From positions 1 to 34,301 of the IMG/VR virus record IMGVR_UViG_3300025880_000003: a stretch of 34,301 nucleotides of DNA; one strand, 5' to 3'. The notes below the pieces were generated by a model. The model ran no database searches. It saw only the letters and a list, made by a program, of their open reading frames with translations, and was not told where the DNA came from. Numbering within the stretch: the first letter of the stretch is position 1; each line of letters opens with the position of its first letter. The DNA comes from a virus. The position numbers and the translations under genes are program-made. Positions 1-7,698 of this stretch are shown here, piece after piece.

Positions 1-103
1 TGACAGAGCTGTACAACCGTTAAAATAATGTCGTAGTACCCAGCGCGCCACATAAACGATCTGGCATCTACATCGCCCTCACGCTCAACGTGGTCAGACG
101 CCT
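1..103. repeat. Direct terminal repeat, copy 1. Identical to 34199-34301. Likely an assembly overlap or terminal redundancy of a circular or circularly permuted genome.
   Basis: I compared the first 103 nt (tgacagagctgtacaaccg...gtcagacgcct) base by base with the last 103 nt and they are identical. Confidence 0.95.
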
Positions 104-356
104 GCCACTTCAAAATAGCATTTGACAGCAGCGGTACTAATGCCGCGCTCTTCTGTGCAAAGAATGCGTTGGAGTATTGTCCAACCATCATGTGCCATAG
201 AACGTGGTCTAAATCCTTTCTGTCTACCTTGTCGCCATCGGCAACGTCATCAAAAAATTGTATGGATCGGTAAAGGTCGATTAGCCACTGCGTGGCCTCT
301 TCTGGTAGGCAGAACACTTCAACGAAATTACGCCTTAACCAGTCAACATCTTCCAT
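1..356 (-). CDS. Hypothetical 147-aa protein, 5' portion. The gene wraps over the window ends and continues 34198 to 34111.
   Basis: ATG at 356 with AAGGA 8 nt upstream. My translation is MEDVDWLRRNFVEVFCLPEEATQWLIDLYRSIQFFDDVADGDK...SFMWRAGYYDIILTVVQLC, open through nt 1. It is absent from the ORF track because the window edge cuts it. It sits between the needle-position genes and the ejection proteins. Confidence 0.6.
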   Translation of the reverse strand, partial: MEDVDWLRRNFVEVFCLPEEATQWLIDLYRSIQFFDDVADGDKVDRKDLDHVLWHMMVGQYSNAFFAQKSAALVPLLSNAILKWQASDHVEREGDVDARSFMWRAGYYDIILTVVQLC

Positions 357-407
357 CAAGCAATCCTTTTCACCCCATTGTCTCACATATTTGCGTTAAT
401 TCAATTC

Positions 408-749
408 TTATGCTATCTCGCTGCCGGTCGCGCTCAGGACCAAAGAGTTAGCGGTTCCAGCCTGCGTCACAATCGCTCCGCCATCGGGTATCACCTGACC
501 AATCAACTCTGGGCAGGAATAGGTCTCCCGAGGCGCAATTGTCCTAGCGTTAATCACCGTATTAGACGCCAAAGGATTACCGGCAGAGTTAGGGTTGGGC
601 AGGTAGACAGTGATAAAGGTATTGCTTGCGCCCACGTTTGTAACCGTGAACTTGTCAATTATCGTCGTCACGCCGGTCGCATTGTACTGAATGGTCGCCG
701 CCGTCTCTGCCAGCCTTCTTGAAATAATGTTTGTTACTGTAATAGCCAT
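408..749 (-). CDS. Hypothetical small beta-rich protein (113 aa), probably virion-associated.
   Basis: ORF 408-824, trimmed to the ATG at 749 (MAITVTNIISRR...), 7 nt after the upstream stop. It lies in the tail module. Confidence 0.5.
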   Translation of the reverse strand: MAITVTNIISRRLAETAATIQYNATGVTTIIDKFTVTNVGASNTFITVYLPNPNSAGNPLASNTVINARTIAPRETYSCPELIGQVIPDGGAIVTQAGTANSLVLSATGSEIA

Positions 750-756
750 AATAAAC

Positions 757-1938
757 CTACTGTTGTACCTGAGTGACGGCGACCAAGACCGCAGGGGCTG
801 CTGGAGCAAAAGCCGTTGCCGCACTAGCGTCTAACCATAAATTCGTATCGTCAACGGCAAACATAATCTCAACGTAGTCACTAGCGTTTAAAGAAATAAA
901 ATCCGTTTTATGCAAAATGCTGTATTCGCTGTTAGCCGATAGAGTAAGTCTGTTTGATGAGTCAGCTATGTCAACACCATTCTTGCGGAACCAGAACCAA
1001 CCATTCTTTGAGCTTGCGCTGTTTGACAGCACCTGAAAGTTTACCGCGAAGCTGTAAAGCCCTGAATTAGCCGCGACCAGTCTGGATGCTGGCGTCCCCA
1101 AAGTTATTCCGTTAGCGACCTCTGTCGTGTCGAATACAACTGAAACCGCAGTATTGATTGACCCAGCAACCTGATCAGTGGTCCGGGCAAACTGACCGTA
1201 ATACTTCTGCTGCTCAACAATTGGGTTAACGAATATCTCGCCCTCAGTCGCGCTAACAACGACCACAATCGCAACGGGTATCGATATATTCGGGGCCGTT
1301 GGCTTCACCTTCGTAAAGGCTCCAGCCGTGGTTGGGCTTGCGTATAATTCGTCACCCTCAGCCCATGACTCGCCCTCTGCGCTGCCGGTAGTGTCAATGC
1401 CTCGAACATTGCCGAAGGTCGTTACGAACCCTATCTCGCCATTTAAAATGTCCTGAGTAGCCACCCCAAAAAAGTATTCAGACCGATACGTCCCGTCTGC
1501 AATGTAGTCCAGAAACTCAAGCCTGTTCTGCCCGTTTACCCCAGCAAACCCAATCGTTGATCCGTTGGTAATCGTGGATCCTGTGTTGTTGCGTCCGTAG
1601 ATATAGGTCTCTTGGCCTACCTGCTGGACTACACCACCAGAATGATGGAGGTTTAGAGTGTCATCAAACGCATTCCAAACCACGCGAGCATCTTTGTCCG
1701 CGTGTGGTGCGGAAGGATTAAAGTCGATGTAGTCGGTCTTGAGGTGATTAGTGTCTACCGCCTGATTCGCGGTGTTGGAGGCCAACTGAGCGATGATCTC
1801 AACGTCAACAATCGTGTTATCGCTGCTGCCAGCGTCCACAGTGTCAAACAGCTTTTCAAACTGGATGATCTGCTCGTGATCCTTCAGGAAAACCGCTAAC
1901 TGATCCCGGGTTAGTCCTAGTCTTGACTTTCTAGCCAT
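757..1938 (-). CDS. Tail needle or central fibre candidate with a C1q/TNF-like C-terminal jelly-roll domain (393 aa).
   Basis: It directly follows the gp10-like hub gene, the position of P22 gp26. The C-terminus VVFDTTEVANGITL...SGLYSFAVNFQV...FRKNGVDIA...DYVEIMF follows the C1q-type pattern. Confidence 0.5.
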   Translation of the reverse strand: MARKSRLGLTRDQLAVFLKDHEQIIQFEKLFDTVDAGSSDNTIVDVEIIAQLASNTANQAVDTNHLKTDYIDFNPSAPHADKDARVVWNAFDDTLNLHHSGGVVQQVGQETYIYGRNNTGSTITNGSTIGFAGVNGQNRLEFLDYIADGTYRSEYFFGVATQDILNGEIGFVTTFGNVRGIDTTGSAEGESWAEGDELYASPTTAGAFTKVKPTAPNISIPVAIVVVVSATEGEIFVNPIVEQQKYYGQFARTTDQVAGSINTAVSVVFDTTEVANGITLGTPASRLVAANSGLYSFAVNFQVLSNSASSKNGWFWFRKNGVDIADSSNRLTLSANSEYSILHKTDFISLNASDYVEIMFAVDDTNLWLDASAATAFAPAAPAVLVAVTQVQQ

Positions 1939-1939
1939 C

Positions 1940-3349
1940 TTAGTAGGCCAACGGCTCTACCTGAGCCTCTAGTCGTGCAAATGATATGTGAGCGTCAGAC
2001 TCGCCCCTGAAGCGTTGTATGCGCCAGTTAATCATTGACCCCTGTTGAAACCAAACCAGACGCTTGTTTCGGTTGCCCTGAGTACCAACCTTGATTGATC
2101 TCGATTGTGACCAATTCTCACCGTCAACAGAGTAGCTTGTCGTGATCACAGGATTAGTCCCAAACGCAACCCGCCCGGTCAATGCAACCAGCTCTAGTTC
2201 GTGGAATATCGCGCCCCGACCCTCGTTGTAAACAATGTTCGTGCTGAACTCCCAGCTAACCTTCTCGTCATAATGCGATCCGATGGTGTTCTCGAAGTAA
2301 CCTATCGTCGATGACGTTGGGTCACCAATGAGCCACTTGTTATAGCACCAAACAATGTCCCGGGCCTTATACCGCGCCAATCCAACCGTTGAGCTGGACA
2401 GTACAAACCAGACGGGAGTATTTGTCGCCTGCGTAGCCGTCAGGTCGAACACAATAGTCTGATCTGGAAGATGAACGTATAGGTGCTGATGGTTTCGGTC
2501 GTTTCGGGCCTCAAGCTTCACCGTAGATAACTGGACCTCGGTGTAGTCGGTCAAGACCTCGTCAATTTCTTTGGTGGATATTTTGTTGGCCTGAGCGTTA
2601 ACGCCCATGAAGATACCCGGGCTTTCGTTCCTACCGCTGCCCAAAAACGCAATTGTCTCAACAAAAACACAACACGCCTGAGTGCCTATGACGCCCTTCT
2701 GAATCTGAGCGCCCTCAACCCTTTGGAATGGGAACAGATTGCCGCCCACGTTATCAAACACCTCAATGGTGTGCCGGTTGAGCGCGTATATCTCGTTTCT
2801 AAGCTTAACCAAAGCCACCACGGGGTCAGGATCAATTTCAGATGATCCGTACTTCAGAGGATTGACAGCAAACGGGTCCAGAAGCTCAGTGACCACTAAG
2901 AATTCACCGTCCGTGGTCATGAAGTAGCCGTCAACCCAAACGACATCGAGAACCGGACCCAGATCTGGATCGGTTACCTGATCAACCGTGGTGCCGTTCC
3001 AATAAAAAAGCTTTTGACCGCTGGCGATTGCTAAAAGGTCAAACGAGTAGGTCATCGTGACCAGATTATCATCAGTACCACCTACGTCACCTAAGACCGT
3101 AACAGCTCCGTCAGCAGCGATAGAGCAGAGCTTGGTGCCCATAACCCGGTAGCAGACGCCGTCTCGTTCGATTCCACCGCGATTAACGCCCGGACCCTCA
3201 CCGTTCTTCACCAGACCGTCAGCGGGGCGCAGATAGCCGTTGCTGATCCCTGACTGCTTAGGTACAGGAATTAAGTTTCTAGGATAACTTGTGCGGATCT
3301 CTGCCTGAGTGTCATCAGTAAAAATACCGTTAAGGATTGGTATCTGCAT
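1940..3349 (-). CDS. P22 gp10-like tail hub / packaged-DNA stabilisation protein (469 aa).
   Basis: The size matches P22 gp10. Its N-terminus (SNGYLRPADGL...GVNRGGIERDGVCYRVMGTKL) resembles my recollection of P22 gp10 (SSGYLRSFPG...GVSRGVEYN..VYRVCGGKL). It has a beta-propeller-like repeat character. Confidence 0.7.
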   Translation of the reverse strand: MQIPILNGIFTDDTQAEIRTSYPRNLIPVPKQSGISNGYLRPADGLVKNGEGPGVNRGGIERDGVCYRVMGTKLCSIAADGAVTVLGDVGGTDDNLVTMTYSFDLLAIASGQKLFYWNGTTVDQVTDPDLGPVLDVVWVDGYFMTTDGEFLVVTELLDPFAVNPLKYGSSEIDPDPVVALVKLRNEIYALNRHTIEVFDNVGGNLFPFQRVEGAQIQKGVIGTQACCVFVETIAFLGSGRNESPGIFMGVNAQANKISTKEIDEVLTDYTEVQLSTVKLEARNDRNHQHLYVHLPDQTIVFDLTATQATNTPVWFVLSSSTVGLARYKARDIVWCYNKWLIGDPTSSTIGYFENTIGSHYDEKVSWEFSTNIVYNEGRGAIFHELELVALTGRVAFGTNPVITTSYSVDGENWSQSRSIKVGTQGNRNKRLVWFQQGSMINWRIQRFRGESDAHISFARLEAQVEPLAY

Positions 3350-3358
3350 TTTTTCAAC

Positions 3359-3421
3359 TCAGTAGCCGGGTTTAGGTTTAGGCTTAGGCTTTCGCTTAAT
3401 TACTTTCTGCTTGGGCCACAT
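3359..3421 (-). CDS. Possible 20-aa lysine/proline micro-ORF (MWPKQKVIKRKPKPKPKPGY).
   Basis: Its ATG overlaps the upstream stop as TAATG (3419-3423). It is below the ORF-track cutoff. The KPKPKP part is encoded by a TTAGGY x3 tandem repeat. Confidence 0.25.
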   Translation of the reverse strand: MWPKQKVIKRKPKPKPKPGY

Positions 3422-3570
3422 TACTTTTTCTTCGCGGTCTTAGCTGCCTGCTTAAATGCCTTAGAAGATGGAGCGCCTTTAGCGCCGGGCTTCCGCATCT
3501 TCTCACCTGAACCTGCCGCGATTCTTTTCTTCTTCGCCGCGATGTTTGCGTACAATCCTTTACTAGCCAT
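3421..3570 (-). CDS. Small highly basic protein (49 aa, MASKGLYANIAAKKKRIAAGSGEKMRKPG...AKTAKKK).
   Basis: ORF 3421-3606, trimmed to the ATG at 3570, which overlaps the upstream stop (TAATG). It has about 13 Lys and 2 Arg against 1 acidic residue. Confidence 0.5.
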   Translation of the reverse strand: MASKGLYANIAAKKKRIAAGSGEKMRKPGAKGAPSSKAFKQAAKTAKKK

Positions 3571-3824
3571 TACGATCTCCTTGACTTGGTGCCTGAGCAC
3601 TTCCAACGCTGCCGAGATAATCTCAGCGGTGAGTTTGGGTTTGCAGCCGCCTTCGGGTTCTTCTTCATCTGACCGGCAGATCTAGCGCAGTATGCGTCAC
3701 CCTTCTTAGTCCCGGGCTTAACTCTAGCCCCGCCACCGCTGGCCTGACCGGCCTGACCGTAGCTGACCTTCTTGCCTGCTGCGGTTACCTTGACCTTTGC
3801 CTTACCCTTTGCCGGTGTAACCAT
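3570..3824 (-). CDS. Small highly basic protein (84 aa).
   Basis: ORF-track entry. It begins 1 nt after the upstream stop. It has about 14 Lys and 7 Arg against 1 Asp. C-terminal part: CARSAGQMKKNPKAAANPNSPLRLSRQRWKC. Confidence 0.5.
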   Translation of the reverse strand: MVTPAKGKAKVKVTAAGKKVSYGQAGQASGGGARVKPGTKKGDAYCARSAGQMKKNPKAAANPNSPLRLSRQRWKCSGTKSRRS

Positions 3825-3825
3825 T

Positions 3826-4260
3826 TTACAATCCTGCGGTTACGCTCATGAAGATGGATGCAGACGCCAAAATATTTGAGAGAACCGCTGTCTCTGCAAT
3901 TTCAATAGTGTATGTGCCGTTTGTATTTCCTACCGCCGTCCGCTCAAGACCCCAATAATAATCAACACTCAGAGGCAACCATGTCCCGACCAAAGCTGAT
4001 CCGCTTTCATTTGGCCCAGTGCCACTGGCTACCGTCAAACGTATTGAGTAATTTGAGCTAGTGCCACCTCCAATAAGCCAAGTGTACGTTTCACCGCCAA
4101 CCGTTGCAGTCACAAGTATGCTTCCGCTGGCGTTAGCGCGAAAATTAGCTGTCGCCGTAAATGGCGAAACTGCAAGCGCCGAGTAGTTGTTATTCTTTAG
4201 ATACGCGGCCAACGCACCAGAGGATGCAGTACCAGATGCTGTGCGAGCAGCAAAACTCAT
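3826..4260 (-). CDS. Hypothetical beta-rich protein (144 aa). May be a fibre-associated or distal fibre component.
   Basis: ATGA overlap with the upstream 386-aa fibre gene. Ser/Thr/Gly/Ala-rich composition typical of fibre modules. Confidence 0.45.
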   Translation of the reverse strand: MSFAARTASGTASSGALAAYLKNNNYSALAVSPFTATANFRANASGSILVTATVGGETYTWLIGGGTSSNYSIRLTVASGTGPNESGSALVGTWLPLSVDYYWGLERTAVGNTNGTYTIEIAETAVLSNILASASIFMSVTAGL

Positions 4261-5417
4261 GAAAGATCCTTGATCATCGAAGCGTACCAGTCCGTCCCTA
4301 TGTAGGTGATGACTAGCAAATCAACTGCGTTTGAGTTAGTTGACAGGACCGATGCCGTACCGCCGGGCCACTTAAAGCTCGCAGGCCACGCCATCGTTCG
4401 ACTGCCGGTTGCGTCCTGAGTGAACAGAATATTCACGGTCTGACCCTGAGCCGGGTTATTCAAAGTTAGCGTTGTTACGTTCTCAGTTAACGTGCTGGTG
4501 AACACGTTGCTCTCGGTCATGTCTAAGGTCAAGACCCCACCAGTGCTTGAGCCAGCCACTGGGGCCGTCTGAGCGTGTCCAGTGAAGTTAGCCCCGTCGA
4601 TGGTTGGGTTTGTGTTAAATACCGCCGAACCAGTCCCAGTTTCGTCTGTGAGCGCAGTCGCTAAGTTCGCGCTGCTTGGGGTTGCCAAGAATGTTGCAAC
4701 TCCTACGCCCAGTCCACTTAGTCCGGTCGTTGGTAGGCCCGTACAGTTCGTCAGGGTGCCCGAGGTGGGCGTTCCAAGAAGCGGAGTGACCAATGTAGGG
4801 CTAGTGTTAAACACCGCCAGACCAGAACCAGTCTTGTCTGAGAGCGCGTTAAATAACTGCAACGAAGTAGCTGAGAAGGTGTTGTTGCCAAAGCTCATCG
4901 TCTTGTTGGTAAGGGTTTGAACGGCTGTGGTCGTTACAATGTCGATACCAGCAATTTGCAGGCTGTTTACGATGGTGTACCACGTTGACTGTAGTTCATT
5001 GAACCGAATCGTGAATGAGCTACCCGCCCCCAAGGAGGCAGGAACACCCACCAACGTCCCGCCATTGCCGTTGATCGTCAGCGCGCTAATGGTTTGGGTT
5101 GATATGATGATGATCTCTTGACCATCGTAGCAGTCAGCTACCGGAGGCAGTGTCACCGAACCCGCAGCAAACGTGCCAGTTGGGTTCATGATTAGCCAGA
5201 TCGATTGAGATGACGCAGCCAGCGCAATGTTAAAGCCCGAGTTGGTCGGCGCATTAATTACTACCGTGTAATTTGGGTCGGCAAAGGTCTTCTGAAAGTA
5301 ATCAACCAGAGTCGTAATGGAAGCCTTGCGAGCGTCACCGTTGCTTGTCGCGTAAACTGGTAACTGATCACCACCGGATAGGGTCGTAATCGTTGGCAGT
5401 TGGTTAATCGTGGGCAT
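4257..5417 (-). CDS. Tail fibre-like protein (386 aa).
   Basis: Strong RBS (AGGAGG). The N-terminus MPTINQLPTITTLSGGDQLPVY...ARKASITTLVDYF is typical of fibre attachment domains. It has an internal repeat: LSDKTGSGLAVFNTSPTLVTPLLGTPTSGTLTNCTGLP and LTDETGTGSAVFNTNPT. Confidence 0.55.
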   Translation of the reverse strand: MPTINQLPTITTLSGGDQLPVYATSNGDARKASITTLVDYFQKTFADPNYTVVINAPTNSGFNIALAASSQSIWLIMNPTGTFAAGSVTLPPVADCYDGQEIIIISTQTISALTINGNGGTLVGVPASLGAGSSFTIRFNELQSTWYTIVNSLQIAGIDIVTTTAVQTLTNKTMSFGNNTFSATSLQLFNALSDKTGSGLAVFNTSPTLVTPLLGTPTSGTLTNCTGLPTTGLSGLGVGVATFLATPSSANLATALTDETGTGSAVFNTNPTIDGANFTGHAQTAPVAGSSTGGVLTLDMTESNVFTSTLTENVTTLTLNNPAQGQTVNILFTQDATGSRTMAWPASFKWPGGTASVLSTNSNAVDLLVITYIGTDWYASMIKDLS

Positions 5418-5426
5418 CTTAGCCTC

Positions 5427-5909
5427 CTAGTTGTAAATCAATACGCCGTCATCGCCTGCAAGTACAGGGTCAACGGGTTGTGGTACAAACGGATCGTCAT
5501 ATCGTCGCCAAGGCTTGTTGCCTGCGCCCAAAGGCATAGTCCGTGGCAACTGCTGTGGAATCGGTCCCGCAAACGCCTGAACGACCGTATTATACGCCAT
5601 CTTAGCGATGCCCTTGGTGTCAGGCATAATGCCCTTGCCAAATGACGGTGCGATCCGAATACCTAGATTGGTGTAAATGGCCTCATTCGCCAGATCTGGG
5701 ACGTAGGTCTGCTCATCGAGCCTGCTGTCCTGAGGTGATGACGGCAAAGGATAGCCAAGTCGTAAACCCTTGGCGTTCCACTCAGCCATCATGGCGTCAA
5801 GCTTTCTGAGCGCGCTCTGGAGCTGCTCTGGGGTCAAGTCAAAGACGTATGCTGCTAAACCAACCTCTTCGAAGGCTTGCTCAATGTACTGACGTTTCGT
5901 CCATCCCAT
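5427..5909 (-). CDS. P22 gp4-like head-to-tail adaptor (160 aa).
   Basis: LRKLDAMMAEWNAKGLRLGY and YTNLGIRIAPSFG resemble my recollection of P22 gp4 (DDLEAMMAEW..., HNLACRIAPDY). Size and position fit. Confidence 0.65.
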   Translation of the reverse strand: MGWTKRQYIEQAFEEVGLAAYVFDLTPEQLQSALRKLDAMMAEWNAKGLRLGYPLPSSPQDSRLDEQTYVPDLANEAIYTNLGIRIAPSFGKGIMPDTKGIAKMAYNTVVQAFAGPIPQQLPRTMPLGAGNKPWRRYDDPFVPQPVDPVLAGDDGVLIYN

Positions 5910-6213
5910 CTTGTTGTCCTAGTGCGTCAATGATTCTTTGGCCCAGCTTACTGTCTGAGGTTCTTCCGTCAAACTTTAAGCCCAACTGACCGGCCTTCTC
6001 TTCAAGCTCTGAGCGGGTAGGTGCTGAGTCATCTGCCGGGATCTCTGGCTGCTTTTCCTTGGGTGCAATGGCCTCACCTAGTGTTAGGTGCCAACCGTCT
6101 GCGAGCTTGCCGTCCAACTCCTCTTGAGTCTTGACGCCAACCCATGAATATGTTTTGCCTTCCGGTCCATGCTGATCGCCGGGGGACTTGTATACCAGTT
6201 TAGGTTCAAACAT
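5881..6213 (-). CDS. Hypothetical protein (110 aa) with an HeH/SAP-like motif (LGLKFDGRTSDSKLGQRIIDAL).
   Basis: ORF-track entry. Its 3' end overlaps the gp4-like gene by 29 nt. Confidence 0.45.
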   Translation of the reverse strand: MFEPKLVYKSPGDQHGPEGKTYSWVGVKTQEELDGKLADGWHLTLGEAIAPKEKQPEIPADDSAPTRSELEEKAGQLGLKFDGRTSDSKLGQRIIDALGQQDGMDETSVH

Positions 6214-6356
6214 TATTTCTTCTTTGCCTTCTTCTTAGCGGTCCGAGCGGTGCTCAGTGCAATGGCAATGGCCTGCTTCTGCGGCCTGCCTGACTTCATC
6301 TCGGTCTTAATGTTCTTTGAGATGGTGCCCTTAGAATAACCCTTTTTCAACGGCAT
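6213..6356 (-). CDS. Small basic protein (47 aa, [47 protein letters not shown]).
   Basis: Not in the ORF track (below 60 aa). Good RBS: AGGAGCG 5 nt upstream of the ATG at 6356. Its stop overlaps the next ATG (TAATG at 6211-6215). Confidence 0.55.
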   Translation of the reverse strand: MPLKKGYSKGTISKNIKTEMKSGRPQKQAIAIALSTARTAKKKAKKK

Positions 6357-6367
6357 ATCACGCTCCT

Positions 6368-6393
6368 AAAAAGAAACGAGGGGCCGAAGCCCC
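6368..6393 (-). terminator. Intrinsic terminator-like hairpin downstream of the coat gene.
   Basis: On the minus strand it reads GGGGC-UUCG-GCCCC (6380-6393) followed by UCGUUUCUUUUU, 10 nt after the coat stop. Confidence 0.55.
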
Positions 6394-6403
6394 CCGCCAT
6401 TTT

Positions 6404-7681
6404 TTACACCTGTCCGAACAACATGATTCCAGACATTTCTGGCTGCTTGTTCACTACACCGAACAACGTGTCGCACCGATACTTGGTGGTCATCGTGTTG
6501 ATGTCGTAGAACTTCTGCATAACCAGCTCAATGCCGTTATCAGTGGTTCCGCGCATTACCGCAGTGCCTGCGTCAGAGGGTACAGCGTACCGTCCGGGGA
6601 GCAGTTCCAAAGCGTCACGCTGCCAGAACGGGTTTGCGTAGGCAGTGGTCGTGTTCAAGAACACGATTGCCGCAGCAGCCGCTGGGGTAACGATACAGTT
6701 TTGGTACTGAGCCGAGGCATCAGATGCTACTTGGTTTGAGATGATCCCGGGTGAGATCACCATAGTCGTGCCGTTGGTTACCGAGATAACTCGGAACGTC
6801 TTGAGCTGACCAGTACTCTGCTTAGTGATGTGATGAACGGCTTCAACCCCAGCGATTGTGAACGCGTCACCAGCGGCTACGTTAGTAGTGCTAGAGACAG
6901 TTACAGTCTGGTATCGGTTGTCAACGTTGATCTGACCACCAACCGCGTTGCTAGTTGCAGCAGGAACGAGGTAGTTCGTAGCAGCATTTTGCGTGTCGAT
7001 AGTGATCGCACCACCGCCAGCAGCAGCAGTGATTCGGTTAGCGTAGTCAAGCTTTAACGTATCAAAGCCAGCTACCATGCCAACACGGCTGCGCTCATAG
7101 GCTGAGTCAGACTTTTCGTTGCCGAAAGATCGTGAAGCCTTAGACAGATCGTTTGCCATACCGTTGTAGTCACGGCTAGACAAAGCCAAAGTCCGCTCGT
7201 AGTCGGGCACACCCTGCTCGTTCATGATCGCGTCAGCTTGTGCAACGTCATCATAGCCAGAGGCAGCAGCAGTCCGCTTAACAACCAACGTGCCCTGCAA
7301 AGCAGCAACATTCATAATTGCTACGTTGATGTCAGAGGCAAGCTTGTTCTTAGCAGCCGCACCGAGTCGGTCTTCTTGCAAGGCATCGCGCAATTCCAGA
7401 GCGTTCATTGTGAACGGTACTGCTTTGCTGAAGCCAATGGTAGAAGGCACTGACAACTGAGTGAAGTTTTGGTAGTCAGCAGCAATATCTACACCGGGAG
7501 CGGCATCGATAGAGGTGCCGATGTAAGGCTGAGGGCGCCAGATAACGTCATTGGTGCGCTCCATCATTACCTGATCGGTGGTGTAAATACCGACGTTTCT
7601 GCTTAACACTAAGGCATCGTGGAAACCTTCCAAGATGTTTTCGAACGCTACGCGCTCTTCTTTACTAAACGAATTAGCCAT
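6404..7681 (-). CDS. Major capsid protein, P22 coat (gp5)-like (425 aa).
   Basis: Blocks NDVIWRPQPY, ALELRDALQEDRL..AKNKLASDINVAIMNVAALQGTLVV, INVDNRYQTVTVSSTTNVAAGDAFTIAGV and NPFWQRDALELLPG parallel P22 gp5 as I recall it. It follows a scaffold-like gene. Confidence 0.8.
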   Translation of the reverse strand: MANSFSKEERVAFENILEGFHDALVLSRNVGIYTTDQVMMERTNDVIWRPQPYIGTSIDAAPGVDIAADYQNFTQLSVPSTIGFSKAVPFTMNALELRDALQEDRLGAAAKNKLASDINVAIMNVAALQGTLVVKRTAAASGYDDVAQADAIMNEQGVPDYERTLALSSRDYNGMANDLSKASRSFGNEKSDSAYERSRVGMVAGFDTLKLDYANRITAAAGGGAITIDTQNAATNYLVPAATSNAVGGQINVDNRYQTVTVSSTTNVAAGDAFTIAGVEAVHHITKQSTGQLKTFRVISVTNGTTMVISPGIISNQVASDASAQYQNCIVTPAAAAAIVFLNTTTAYANPFWQRDALELLPGRYAVPSDAGTAVMRGTTDNGIELVMQKFYDINTMTTKYRCDTLFGVVNKQPEMSGIMLFGQV

Positions 7682-7698
7682 GATTGGCTCCTTTTAAT

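Noticed and set aside
122-722. Plus-strand ORFs 122-451 and 378-722.
   Set aside because: They are antisense to two well-supported minus-strand genes with RBS and coupling. Their composition is Arg/Cys-rich and implausible.
3372-3389. A TTAGG-type tandem repeat (tttaggtttaggcttagg) reminiscent of a telomere repeat.
   Set aside because: There are only three units. It is explained as the coding sequence for KPKPKP in the micro-ORF, or as simple slippage. There is no reason to invoke telomere function in a phage with a closed or permuted genome.
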